Assembly: GCA_018651605.1 (NCBI GenBank)
Contig: JABIDS010000009.1
Span: 84,563-148,562, forward strand
Reading direction: 5' to 3'
Origin: an archaeon
GTDB lineage: Archaea > Nanobdellota > Nanobdellia > Pacearchaeales > GW2011-AR1
Length of the DNA stretch: 64,000 bases
The position numbers were made by a program, and so were the translations under genes. The notes under the pieces were generated by a model. The model was not told where the DNA came from. It did not search any database and saw only the letters and a list, made by a program, of their open reading frames with translations. Within the stretch, counting starts at the first letter, position 1; every line of letters starts with the position of its first letter. Of the stretch, positions 9,462 through 17,846 are shown piece by piece.

Positions 9462-9914
9462 ATGGAAGATTCACAAGAAAAATTAGATTTAATGATGAAA
9501 TGTTATTTAGGAAAATTTCATCCAGCTCTGGGTTGTGAACTTCAGATAAACTCATGGGGTTTTGGTAATAACATGCAAGGTTTGTTAAGTTGTTCTGAAA
9601 ATTATTTGTATCATCCTACTGAAACTATCTGGACGTTTAAAATGGGAAAATTTTATCAAAGGGCACAATCTGCATATGATTCTTTTCCATTTGATAAACT
9701 TGATCCTGAAGATAAGGATTTTAAAATTTTATTCGAGGTTAAAGATGAACTTCAGAAATTAGGTAATGCGTTAGAAACACTTATTGAGAGTACTGATCCC
9801 ACTTACTTCAGGGAAGTTAGTGCATTAATTAAAAATACAATAAGATTAGTTGAACCGGATTATAGGAATGCTGTAAAAGATTTGTGGTATAAATTAAATC
9901 AAAAACAATCTTAA
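9462..9914 (+). CDS. hypothetical protein (150 aa)
   Basis: ORF only, with A-ending codon style on the plus strand. Confidence 0.45.
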   Translation: MEDSQEKLDLMMKCYLGKFHPALGCELQINSWGFGNNMQGLLSCSENYLYHPTETIWTFKMGKFYQRAQSAYDSFPFDKLDPEDKDFKILFEVKDELQKLGNALETLIESTDPTYFREVSALIKNTIRLVEPDYRNAVKDLWYKLNQKQS

Positions 9915-9955
9915 TCAGATTAAACTTTTAAATTACTTATTTAAATTATAGGAGT

Positions 9956-11392
9956 TCAATAATTGTTAAGCTGAGTCGGTTGGACTTGTCCTCCGACGAG
10001 AGGGTTTATTTTTAAATTAGTAGTATTATCTATTAATTCTATAGCATTTTTTAATAAATTATTTGATGTTGTTTCATCTTTAGAATCTGCAATTATTCTT
10101 AGAACTTTGTCCTCTGTTTTAGATTGTCTAAACCAAATCCATGAATTATTTTTTATGAATTTTAATCCTCCGTTCTCACCTCCTGTTTGTTGAAGTTGGA
10201 AGCCTTTTGTTTGATAGTATTGAATTATATTTGGTGTAAGATTTTGAAAATCTGTTTTTAGTTTTATTTTTTCTTTGAGATAATAATATTTTGGTAGGTT
10301 GTTGATTAGTTTTTGGAGATTGGTTTGGTTTTGTGTTAGGATTTTTAGTAGGTAGAGGGTTGTTAGGATTCCATCTCGGCATTTTGAGTTTCCTAATATG
10401 ATTCCTCCGTTTGAGCCTTCTCCACCTAGAATTGAGTTTTGTCTTTGCATTTCGTTGATTATGTTTGTTTCTCCGACTTCGACTTCAATGAAGTTTGTGT
10501 TGTGTTTGTTTGCTATTTCTTTAACTAGATAACTTGTGGCATCGTTGACTATTATTGGTGGTTTGGAATCTGGGTTTGATGATGGGTTGGTTAGGAGATG
10601 ATTTGCGAATATGGCGAGAATTTGATTCCCATTGATTAGTTGTCCGTTTGGTAATAGAATTTCTACTCTGTCTGCATCGCAGTCAAATCCTATTGCGAAT
10701 TCTGTTTTTGTGTTGTTGAGTTGTTCTTTTAATGGTTTTAATGATTCTTGGTTTGGTTCTATTAATCTTGTGAATTTTCCATGGTTCATGTTGATGTAAG
10801 TTGCAGGTATTTGGAATTCATTGAAGATTTGTTTTGATGAGATTCCTGCACCTCCATTTGGGTCTACTAGGATTTCTATTCCTTGTAGGTTTATTTCTCC
10901 TATTATGTCTCTTAGGAAGCCAATGTAAGAACCTAGGGCGCTGTCTTGATAGTTTTCTATTGTTTGGTTGTCTAAATGAAGTGTTATTAGTTGTTGATCT
11001 TTTATTTGATTAAATGTTTGTATTACTTTTTCTATATCTTCTATGTTTAAGACTCCTCCGTCTTTTCCTAGGAATTTGAATCCATTGTATTCTGGTTCGT
11101 TGTGTGATGCAGTTATTATTATTCCTCCGTCGCAATTGAATGTTCTGACTGCGTTTTCTATTATGGGTGTTGAGGAGATTCCTAAGTCTAGGATTTCGCA
11201 GTTTAGGGTTTTGATTAGGGTGTTTAGAATTTCTTCACCTGATTCACGAGAGTCTCTGCCTATTGCTATTTTAGAATTGGGGTTTTGTTTTAGAAATGAT
11301 GTAAAATATGAATGAGCATATTTTTGAGCTATTTCGGGAGTCAAATCTTTTTTGTATACTCCTCTGATTCCTGAAAAGGATTGAATGAGCAT
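9956..11392 (-). CDS. phosphoglucomutase/phosphomannomutase family protein
   Basis: ITASHNEPEYNGFK (active-site Ser loop), GFDCDADR (Mg-binding loop) and GGEGSNGGII (sugar-binding loop). The last ~20 codons run through a repeat-derived hairpin. Confidence 0.85.
   Translation of the reverse strand: MLIQSFSGIRGVYKKDLTPEIAQKYAHSYFTSFLKQNPNSKIAIGRDSRESGEEILNTLIKTLNCEILDLGISSTPIIENAVRTFNCDGGIIITASHNEPEYNGFKFLGKDGGVLNIEDIEKVIQTFNQIKDQQLITLHLDNQTIENYQDSALGSYIGFLRDIIGEINLQGIEILVDPNGGAGISSKQIFNEFQIPATYINMNHGKFTRLIEPNQESLKPLKEQLNNTKTEFAIGFDCDADRVEILLPNGQLINGNQILAIFANHLLTNPSSNPDSKPPIIVNDATSYLVKEIANKHNTNFIEVEVGETNIINEMQRQNSILGGEGSNGGIILGNSKCRDGILTTLYLLKILTQNQTNLQKLINNLPKYYYLKEKIKLKTDFQNLTPNIIQYYQTKGFQLQQTGGENGGLKFIKNNSWIWFRQSKTEDKVLRIIADSKDETTSNNLLKNAIELIDNTTNLKINPLVGGQVQPTQLNNY
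9975..9997 (+). repeat. bulged-T hairpin module (repeat family fragment) inside the 3' end of the PGM ORF
   Basis: GTCGG-tt-GGA-cttg-TCC-t-CCGAC has the same architecture and inner stem-loop as 53294-53320 and 63610-63632. Confidence 0.7.
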
Positions 11393-11466
11393 GATTAGAA
11401 AAGTTGAAATTGGTATTTAAAGGTGGTGTAGGAAGAATATTTATAATATCTCTACCTTGCTAATTT

Positions 11467-12201
11467 ATGGTAAACATTTCTCTTCCATTAAGACTTTTAA
11501 TATTTGTTGGTGTGATATTTGGTTTGAGTTTGATTTCTATTTATTATCCTAGTTTTAATGGAGATGTTATTTATGAAAAGAAATCTGCGATTGTTTTGAG
11601 AGTTATTGATGGTGATACTATTGAGACAGATAGTGGGAAGATTAGATTGTTGGGTGTGAATACTCCTGAAAGAGGGCAGGCTTATTATTCTGATGCTAAG
11701 GGTTTTTTGGGTTATCTTGTTAATGAAAGTGTTGAGATTTTGAGGGATGTTGAGGATTTGGATAAATATGATAGAAAGTTGCGTTATGTTTTTTATGATG
11801 ATGTATTTGTTAATGGTTTGATTCTTGAGACTGGATTGGGTACTTCATTTATGTTAGAAGGGTTGGTTTATGGGGAGAAATTAAAGAGGGCTGAGGAGCA
11901 GGGGAGGATGAATGGTGTTAATCTTTGGGTTGGGTCTGATGATGAATGTTCTGAGTGTATTGTTCTTTTGGAGTTGAGTGCTGAGGAAGAATTTTTTGTT
12001 TTGGAAAATGTTTGTTTAAAAGATTGTAGTTTGGAAGGTTGGAGTGTGAAGGATGATGCAAATCATATTTTTAATCTTGAAAGTGTTGGTGCAGGAGAGA
12101 TTGTTCGTTATGATTCGAAAGGGCGTGTTTGGAATAATGCAGGAGATAGATTTTTTATGAGGGATAAAAGTGGTGGGTTGGTTGTTTTTTGGGAGTATTG
12201 A
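11467..12201 (+). CDS. membrane-anchored thermonuclease (SNase-like) with lamin-tail-like C-terminal domain
   Basis: N-terminal TM helix. VIDGDTIETDSGKIRLLGVNTPE is the SNase signature. The C-terminal EFFVLENVC...LEGWSVKDDANHIF resembles an LTD domain. Confidence 0.8.
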   Translation: MVNISLPLRLLIFVGVIFGLSLISIYYPSFNGDVIYEKKSAIVLRVIDGDTIETDSGKIRLLGVNTPERGQAYYSDAKGFLGYLVNESVEILRDVEDLDKYDRKLRYVFYDDVFVNGLILETGLGTSFMLEGLVYGEKLKRAEEQGRMNGVNLWVGSDDECSECIVLLELSAEEEFFVLENVCLKDCSLEGWSVKDDANHIFNLESVGAGEIVRYDSKGRVWNNAGDRFFMRDKSGGLVVFWEY

Positions 12202-12258
12202 TTAAGTATAATAATCTTTAAAAAGGAAATAACGTAAATGAGTTAATGGAAGGAACAA

Positions 12259-12879
12259 ATGGAAAAAAGTAATGCTGATAAATTAATTTCTGGAGTAACT
12301 AGGACTTATGATAATCTAAAAAATTCTACAGAATATATGGTATGTACAAATGGATTAGCTCTTGTTAAGACTCCAAAGGAACAGAGAAAATTTTTGCAAG
12401 AAAGAATTAATGTTTTGATGAAAGATGTTCGAAAACAAGGATTAGAAAAATTTGCGGTATCTTTGGAAGGAGAACATAATGAGGTGTTTAGAGAACAGGT
12501 TGAGGAGTTGTCGCAAAATGCAGGAATTCAAAATATTGGATATTCTAATTCAATATATCGTAATTTTAATATTGGTGGAGCAATTTGTGGAATCTTAGGG
12601 GGAATAGTTGCATATAATTATGGGTCAGAATTAGCGACAGGTTGTGCAGAATATTTAAATGATGCTTCTCACTTACTTGCTCCAATAACTGGAGCATTAC
12701 AATTTGTAGGATCTGTTAGCTCTGCTTTTGTTGGAGGGGTTATGGGTTGGGTTGGAGGAAGATTTGGTTCTGGAGTAGTAACATTGCCATTATCTCAAAT
12801 TAAATATCCTTTAGCAAAAGATAGTGGTACTTATCAAGACTTTTATAATCTGATAAGAAATGATAAGGTGGATGATTAA
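12259..12879 (+). CDS. hypothetical protein with Gly-rich hydrophobic C-terminal half
   Basis: ORF. Glycine-zipper-like segments GGAICGILGGIVAY and GGVMGWVGGRFGSG. A-ending codon style. Confidence 0.45.
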   Translation: MEKSNADKLISGVTRTYDNLKNSTEYMVCTNGLALVKTPKEQRKFLQERINVLMKDVRKQGLEKFAVSLEGEHNEVFREQVEELSQNAGIQNIGYSNSIYRNFNIGGAICGILGGIVAYNYGSELATGCAEYLNDASHLLAPITGALQFVGSVSSAFVGGVMGWVGGRFGSGVVTLPLSQIKYPLAKDSGTYQDFYNLIRNDKVDD

Positions 12880-13328
12880 TATTCTTTGTAACTTTTCTCT
12901 AGATAATATTGAATTGGTAGAACCATTCCGGCTACGAAATCTACCCAGCCTATGAAACTTAATGTGATTAATATCCAGTTTTTGAATAGGACTGAGATTA
13001 TGAATAATCCTCCCCATGCTATAAGTCCAGATAGGAATAAGATGACCCATGTCATTTTGTCTTTTCTTTTGATGATGAAATCTGAGAGGTACATTGTTGT
13101 TATTCCTGATGAGATTAAGAATAGTCCGATTAGGACGTTGAATAGATAGAACATGTAAGAGATGTCGTTGCTGTATCTTGCGAAGAATCCCCATAGTTGG
13201 TCTATTGAGCTGAAGTTTGCGTTCATGTTGAATTTTATGAAAAAGATGTAGAAGAATCCGAATAGAATCATGTAAATTCCATTATAGAAAGTTATTCTTG
13301 CGCCTTGTTTAACTAACTTGATGTTCAT
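12876..13328 (-). CDS. integral membrane protein (about 4 TM)
   Basis: Four hydrophobic helices in 150 aa. Confidence 0.6.
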   Translation of the reverse strand: MNIKLVKQGARITFYNGIYMILFGFFYIFFIKFNMNANFSSIDQLWGFFARYSNDISYMFYLFNVLIGLFLISSGITTMYLSDFIIKRKDKMTWVILFLSGLIAWGGLFIISVLFKNWILITLSFIGWVDFVAGMVLPIQYYLEKSYKEY

Positions 13329-13392
13329 TGATTTTTTAAGGGAAATGATATTTAAAAGTATTTGTGGAGGGGGTTGGTGTTGTTTAAGTGTT

Positions 13393-14583
13393 TTATTTTT
13401 TTATAATCCTATAAACCTCATCACCTTTTCTGCACTTAGGTAATTTTAATCCAACTTCATCACCTTTTTTTGCTGAGTTGATATCTTTGTGATTTATTTG
13501 CATTGAGTTTATTTTTGTTCTTATGAGTCCTGTTGTTTTTCCAATTATTAGAATGTTGTCGTTGAGTTTGAGAGGTCCTTTACTTATTTTTAATAAACCT
13601 ACATTTAGTTTTGGATAGTAGTGTGTGATTTTTCCGATGAACTGTTTTTTCTGAGTTGCTGAAGAGTGTTCAACTTTTGAAAAGTCGTCTGATGTTGGTG
13701 TATCTAATAGGAATCCTGATGAGAATCCTTTGTTATAGACTTTGTTTAGGTTTTTTAGAGATTGTTCTATTTCTTTTTTAGTTAGTTTTTTATCTATTGC
13801 TTTTCTGTAAGTTTTGACTACTGTGTCAACATATTCTGGTTCTTTGTTTCTTCCTTCTATTTTGAATGATTTTATTCCTGCGTTTTTTAGTTTTTCTATA
13901 AATGGTAATGCACATAAATCTTTTGGAGAGAGGATGTAATTGTTTTCTAATTTTAGTTCGTTGTTTTGATTGTCTTTGATTGTGTAGGGTCTTCTGCAAG
14001 GTTGGATACATTGTCCTCTGTTTGCAGATTGGTTAAATGCAAATTGTGAGATAAGGCATCTTCCTGAAACTGAGATGCACATTGCTCCGTGGATGAAAAC
14101 CTCTGTTGGGATTATTTTTGAGATTTGTTTTATTTGTTTTAAGTTTAATTCTCTTGCAAGGACTATTCTTTCGGCTCCTAATTTTTTATAGAATTTTGCT
14201 GTTTCTGTGTTTGAGATTGAGCATTGAGTTGATATGTGAAAAGGAACTTTGTATTTTTTGCATAAAAGCATTACAGATATGTCTGAACAGATTATTGCGT
14301 CTATGTATTTTTTTGATTTTTTTATTATTGTTTCTACTTTTTTTAATTCGTTGTCGTAGATTATTGTATTAAGGGTTAGGTATAGTTTTATTTTTTTGGT
14401 TTTTTGTTGGGAGAGTTTTTTTATTTTTGGTAAATCTTTTATTGTGAAATTTTTTGCTCTTGCTCGCATGTTGAAACCTTGGATTCCAAAATAGATTGCG
14501 TCTGCTCCTGCGTTTATCGCAGTTACTAATGTTGGGAAGTTTCCTGCTGGTGCAAGGAGTTCTGGTTTGTTTTGTTTTGCCAT
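13393..14583 (-). CDS. peptidase U32 family protein
   Basis: KPELLAPAGNFPTLVTAINAGADAIYFG N-terminus and EVFIHGAMCISVSGRC core are typical of the U32 family. Confidence 0.8.
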   Translation of the reverse strand: MAKQNKPELLAPAGNFPTLVTAINAGADAIYFGIQGFNMRARAKNFTIKDLPKIKKLSQQKTKKIKLYLTLNTIIYDNELKKVETIIKKSKKYIDAIICSDISVMLLCKKYKVPFHISTQCSISNTETAKFYKKLGAERIVLARELNLKQIKQISKIIPTEVFIHGAMCISVSGRCLISQFAFNQSANRGQCIQPCRRPYTIKDNQNNELKLENNYILSPKDLCALPFIEKLKNAGIKSFKIEGRNKEPEYVDTVVKTYRKAIDKKLTKKEIEQSLKNLNKVYNKGFSSGFLLDTPTSDDFSKVEHSSATQKKQFIGKITHYYPKLNVGLLKISKGPLKLNDNILIIGKTTGLIRTKINSMQINHKDINSAKKGDEVGLKLPKCRKGDEVYRIIKK

Positions 14584-14805
14584 AATTAATCTAAATTGAT
14601 TAAGTTTAAGAAGTTAATGGATTATCGTGATTATGCCTTGGGGAATAATTTATATAGATGTTATTCTTATATTTTTATATTTTTATATCTTATTAATAAA
14701 GAGGTTTGAGAAAATGGGAAAAATTATAAAATTTATTCAAGAAAGTTGGCCTTATTTTTTTATAGCTATATCTATAATAATTTTTATTGTTATGGGAACT
14801 TCTAA

Positions 14806-15213
14806 TTAAGCTAATTGTTCTACTAATGCTTTTTGTATCTCTGCTTGTTTGGTTTTTCCTGTTAAAACAAATTCGTTCAAGGCTTCTAAATCTATCATCT
14901 TTTCTAGAGGTAGATATCCTCCAACTTTTTGTCTTAATCTAAATCCTGTTTTAAACCGAAAAGGAGTTATTTTTACATCAGAAAATTCTAAATCTTCCAT
15001 TTCAAAAAGATATTTACCTAATTCTCTTCTTGCATGGCAAAGCATTTCTTTCTCTGCAGTTGTTTTTGTAGTTGTATTATATCTTTCTCTGACTTCTTCT
15101 CTTTGATCTGGATGTATTTCTTGTCCAAATGAAAATGTTGCTGTAAGAATTGTTTCATATTTATGTTTAGAATGCCCTCCATCTCTTAAATGCTTATAAC
15201 TATAATTATACAT
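14806..15213 (-). CDS. hypothetical protein (135 aa)
   Basis: ORF only. Confidence 0.45.
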   Translation of the reverse strand: MYNYSYKHLRDGGHSKHKYETILTATFSFGQEIHPDQREEVRERYNTTTKTTAEKEMLCHARRELGKYLFEMEDLEFSDVKITPFRFKTGFRLRQKVGGYLPLEKMIDLEALNEFVLTGKTKQAEIQKALVEQLA

Positions 15214-15262
15214 TTTATTTTAATGATTTTTTGTATTATAAATATTATTGCATTTGAAAACC

Positions 15263-15270
15263 TATATAAA
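15263..15270 (+). promoter_or_regulatory. TATA box for GTPase gene
   Basis: tatataaa is centred 26 nt upstream of ATG 15292, consistent with a leaderless transcript. Confidence 0.5.
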
Positions 15271-15291
15271 CAAAGATTTCTTTCCTATTTT

Positions 15292-16137
15292 ATGAGACAA
15301 AAACCTACAAACCATGAATCTTATTGGGGAGTTATAAGAAGAATTGTTGAAGAGTCTGATTTAGTTTTGGAAATATTGGATTCAAGATTAGTGGAGCTTT
15401 CGCGAAATGAGGAAGTTGAGGCGATTGTTGAAGAGATTGGTCGGCCTTTGATTTATGTTGTGAATAAATCTGATTTGGTTTCTAAAGAATCTTTGAATAA
15501 ACAAGTTGAGAAATTGAAAGAGAAAGGGAGTGTTGTTTTTATTTCTGCTAAGAGTCCTAAGAGTACGAAGGTTTTGCTTTATGCGATTAAAAAGGCTTTT
15601 AAAAAATATGGTAAGAGGGAGATTGTTGAGCGTGGGAAGTTTGACCCTAAGCCTATTTATCGTGAGGCTAAGGGTGAGATTGTTGTTGGGATTTTGGGTT
15701 ATCCTAATGTTGGGAAGTCTTCTATAATTAATGCTCTTGCTCATAAGAAAAAAGTTAAGGTTAGTAAGAAATCCGGGACGACTCATGGTATTCATTGGGT
15801 TAAAGCTAGTGACGAGATTAAATTGATTGATAGTCCTGGAGTTATTCCTTTGAAGAAGGATGATGAAGTTCGTTATGGTTTGATTGGTGCTAAGGATACA
15901 GAGAGATTGAAGAATCCGGAGTTGGTTGTGCATGCGATTGTTGAATTGTTTTTGAAGAATAATGTTAGAGCTTTTGAGAAATTTTATAAGATTGAAGTTA
16001 AGGGTTTGGATGTTTATGAGATTATTGAGAAGATTGGTCTGCGGAAAAGTTATTTATTGAAGGGTGGAAAGATTGATGAGAATCGTGTTTTTTTGGATAT
16101 TATTCGGGATTGGCAACAGGGGCGGTTGGGGTTGTAG
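15292..16137 (+). CDS. circularly permuted ribosome-biogenesis GTPase (YlqF/RbgA/MMR-HSR1 type)
   Basis: Motif order is G4 (VVNKSDL), then G1 (GYPNVGKSS), then G3 (DSPG). Start moved to ATG 15292; the upstream part of the track ORF is hydrophobic junk overlapping the promoter. Confidence 0.8.
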   Translation: MRQKPTNHESYWGVIRRIVEESDLVLEILDSRLVELSRNEEVEAIVEEIGRPLIYVVNKSDLVSKESLNKQVEKLKEKGSVVFISAKSPKSTKVLLYAIKKAFKKYGKREIVERGKFDPKPIYREAKGEIVVGILGYPNVGKSSIINALAHKKKVKVSKKSGTTHGIHWVKASDEIKLIDSPGVIPLKKDDEVRYGLIGAKDTERLKNPELVVHAIVELFLKNNVRAFEKFYKIEVKGLDVYEIIEKIGLRKSYLLKGGKIDENRVFLDIIRDWQQGRLGL

Positions 16138-16170
16138 GGGTTTAAGGTTGGAGGTGTTAGGGTTTAGAAT

Positions 16171-16486
16171 GTTTCCTCCTCCAGCAGAGAGCCGGCTTAC
16201 GCCTTTCCCTCTCTGCCCGTTGCAGTTTTGGTAAGTTGTTAGAGGGTTTATTTTTTCAGATGAGTTTTCTTTGGTTGTTATGAGTGCGAAGTAGGTTTTG
16301 TAGAGAGTTTAAGATTTGGGTGATTCAGAGAATTAAAAATTCTCTGACTTAGAAAAATAAGCTATAAGCCCTATTATTTTTCTAATTTTAGTATTTAGCG
16401 AAGCACCCTGACGAAGTCGGGTGCGAAAGCGATATAGGATAAATGAGTAGAGCGAATGTATCTACACGAGCGGAGCGAGTGTTTAG
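16171..16486 (+). repeat. mosaic intergenic repeat, full-length copy (modules A + linker + B)
   Basis: Aligns by eye with 53125-53379, 58123-58415 and 63441-63695. Stem 1 is at 16184-16216, the nested palindrome at 16325-16347 and the bulged-T hairpin at 16403-16424. Confidence 0.85.
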
Positions 16487-16508
16487 TTGTTTAATTTTAT
16501 AGTTATAA

Positions 16509-16516
16509 TTTAAAAA
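16509..16516 (+). promoter_or_regulatory. TATA box for HAD hydrolase gene
   Basis: tttaaaaa is centred 26 nt upstream of ATG 16538. Confidence 0.45.
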
Positions 16517-16537
16517 GTGTGTTTTCTTATTCTGTTT

Positions 16538-17182
16538 ATGAAAAAGGGTGATAAAATAAAGGCAGTTGTATTTGATATTGGAGGAGTTTTGCAGTTATAT
16601 AAGAATCCTTCGCATGTTAAAAGTGGGGCATCTAAAGGTATTCATGAAACTTTGGCTCGGAAGTTTAGACGGGATTTGGATTCTTGGTTTGATGCAATTG
16701 ATACGCCATATGGTGAGGCAATGGTTGCAGGGATTTCACGTAAGAAGGCTATCTCTACTATTTCTAAAAATCTTGGGATTTCTGAGGCTAAGTTAGTGAA
16801 AGGGTATTGTAAGACAATTAAGAGATTTTTTAGGAAAAATAAGAAGTTGTATAATATGGCTTTTAGATTGAAGAAGAAAGGTTATAGAATTGGGATTCTT
16901 TCAGATCAATGGTATCTTTCTCAGGATGCGCTTATGCCTGCTCGAGATATTAAGGAATTTAATCCAGTTATTGTTTCGTGTGATGCAAAGGTTAAGTTAA
17001 GAAAGCCAGATGTTAAAATTTATAAATTGTTGATTAAAAAGTTGAGGCTTAAGGCTGATGAGATTTTGTTTGTGGATAATAGGGAGTATAATTTGAAGCC
17101 TGCTCGTAAAATGGGGATGAAGGTTTTACTTTTTAAGGATAATGATAAGGTGATTAAGGAGTTGGAGGGGTTGTTAAAATGA
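16538..17182 (+). CDS. HAD-superfamily hydrolase
   Basis: Motif I in KAVVFDIGGVL; GILSDQ and VDNREYN resemble HAD motifs II-IV. Start moved to ATG 16538. Confidence 0.7.
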   Translation: MKKGDKIKAVVFDIGGVLQLYKNPSHVKSGASKGIHETLARKFRRDLDSWFDAIDTPYGEAMVAGISRKKAISTISKNLGISEAKLVKGYCKTIKRFFRKNKKLYNMAFRLKKKGYRIGILSDQWYLSQDALMPARDIKEFNPVIVSCDAKVKLRKPDVKIYKLLIKKLRLKADEILFVDNREYNLKPARKMGMKVLLFKDNDKVIKELEGLLK

Positions 17183-17694
17183 AATTATTGGTGGAGGAAT
17201 TTTTTGGGAAAACTTTTGAATATATTGATGGGATGAATATTTTTGTGATAAGATGGATTGTTAAATTTATTTTTTATTTGGTTTTTGTTTTGATCGGAGG
17301 TTATGTTTTGATTTCTGTTTTTAGGAAGGATTTTTTGCCTATTGTTGTTATTGTTGGTCTTCTGATTTTGGGAGAGGTTGCACATTATTTGAGGAAGAGT
17401 CGTGAGAAGGTTATGGTGTCGAGAGTTACTGAGAAGAATAGTTTGGATGAGAAGGTGAAGAATGGTGGGTTGTTGGTTAAGGGGAAGAATAAAGGGCTTG
17501 GGTTTAATAAGGTGAAGAATAAAAGTTTGGTTAAGAAAAAGGTGGTTAGTGGGAGTGGTGTTAAAGGTGTTGGTGGGAAGAAGGTTGGGAAGAAAAAGGT
17601 TAAAAGTAAAATTTTGAAGAAGAAAGTAATTAAGAATAAGAATTTGTTGAAGGTTAATAAGGCGAAGAATGAGGATATGTTGAAGGGTGTTTGA
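17179..17694 (+). CDS. membrane protein with lysine-rich C-terminal tail
   Basis: ATGA overlap with the HAD gene. Two TM helices are followed by a KKKV/GKK low-complexity tail. Confidence 0.55.
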   Translation: MKLLVEEFFGKTFEYIDGMNIFVIRWIVKFIFYLVFVLIGGYVLISVFRKDFLPIVVIVGLLILGEVAHYLRKSREKVMVSRVTEKNSLDEKVKNGGLLVKGKNKGLGFNKVKNKSLVKKKVVSGSGVKGVGGKKVGKKKVKSKILKKKVIKNKNLLKVNKAKNEDMLKGV

Positions 17695-17714
17695 TTGACA
17701 TTTTAGTTGGTGAA

Positions 17715-17820
17715 CTTCCTCCTCCACGGAAAGCCGTGTTTCGCACTTTCCCTTTCCTTCCGAGGTTTTGAAATCTTCTTAGGGATTTAATTTATGGAGG
17801 GGAGTTTTCTTTTTTGTTGT
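17715..17820 (+). repeat. mosaic intergenic repeat, module A only
   Basis: cttcctcctccacggaaagccgtgtttcgcactttccctttccttccgaggttttgaaatcttcttaggg...ggagttttctttttt. Confidence 0.8.
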
Positions 17821-17846
17821 ATTTGGTTTATTAGATTTTAGAATTA

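Noticed and set aside
14627-14809. 60-aa plus-strand ORF between the U32 peptidase and the 135-aa gene.
   Set aside because: It has a non-ATG start and a very AT-rich sequence that overlaps likely promoter DNA. Evidence is insufficient, although a small membrane peptide from the internal ATG cannot be excluded.
16240-16470. Considered C/D-box sRNA identity for the repeat (AGATGAG and AAGATGAG resemble box C; CTGA occurs in one hairpin).
   Set aside because: Box C is not canonical (RUGAUGA is not matched). The CTGA is not conserved between copies, and no paired C'/D' arrangement or guide region is evident.
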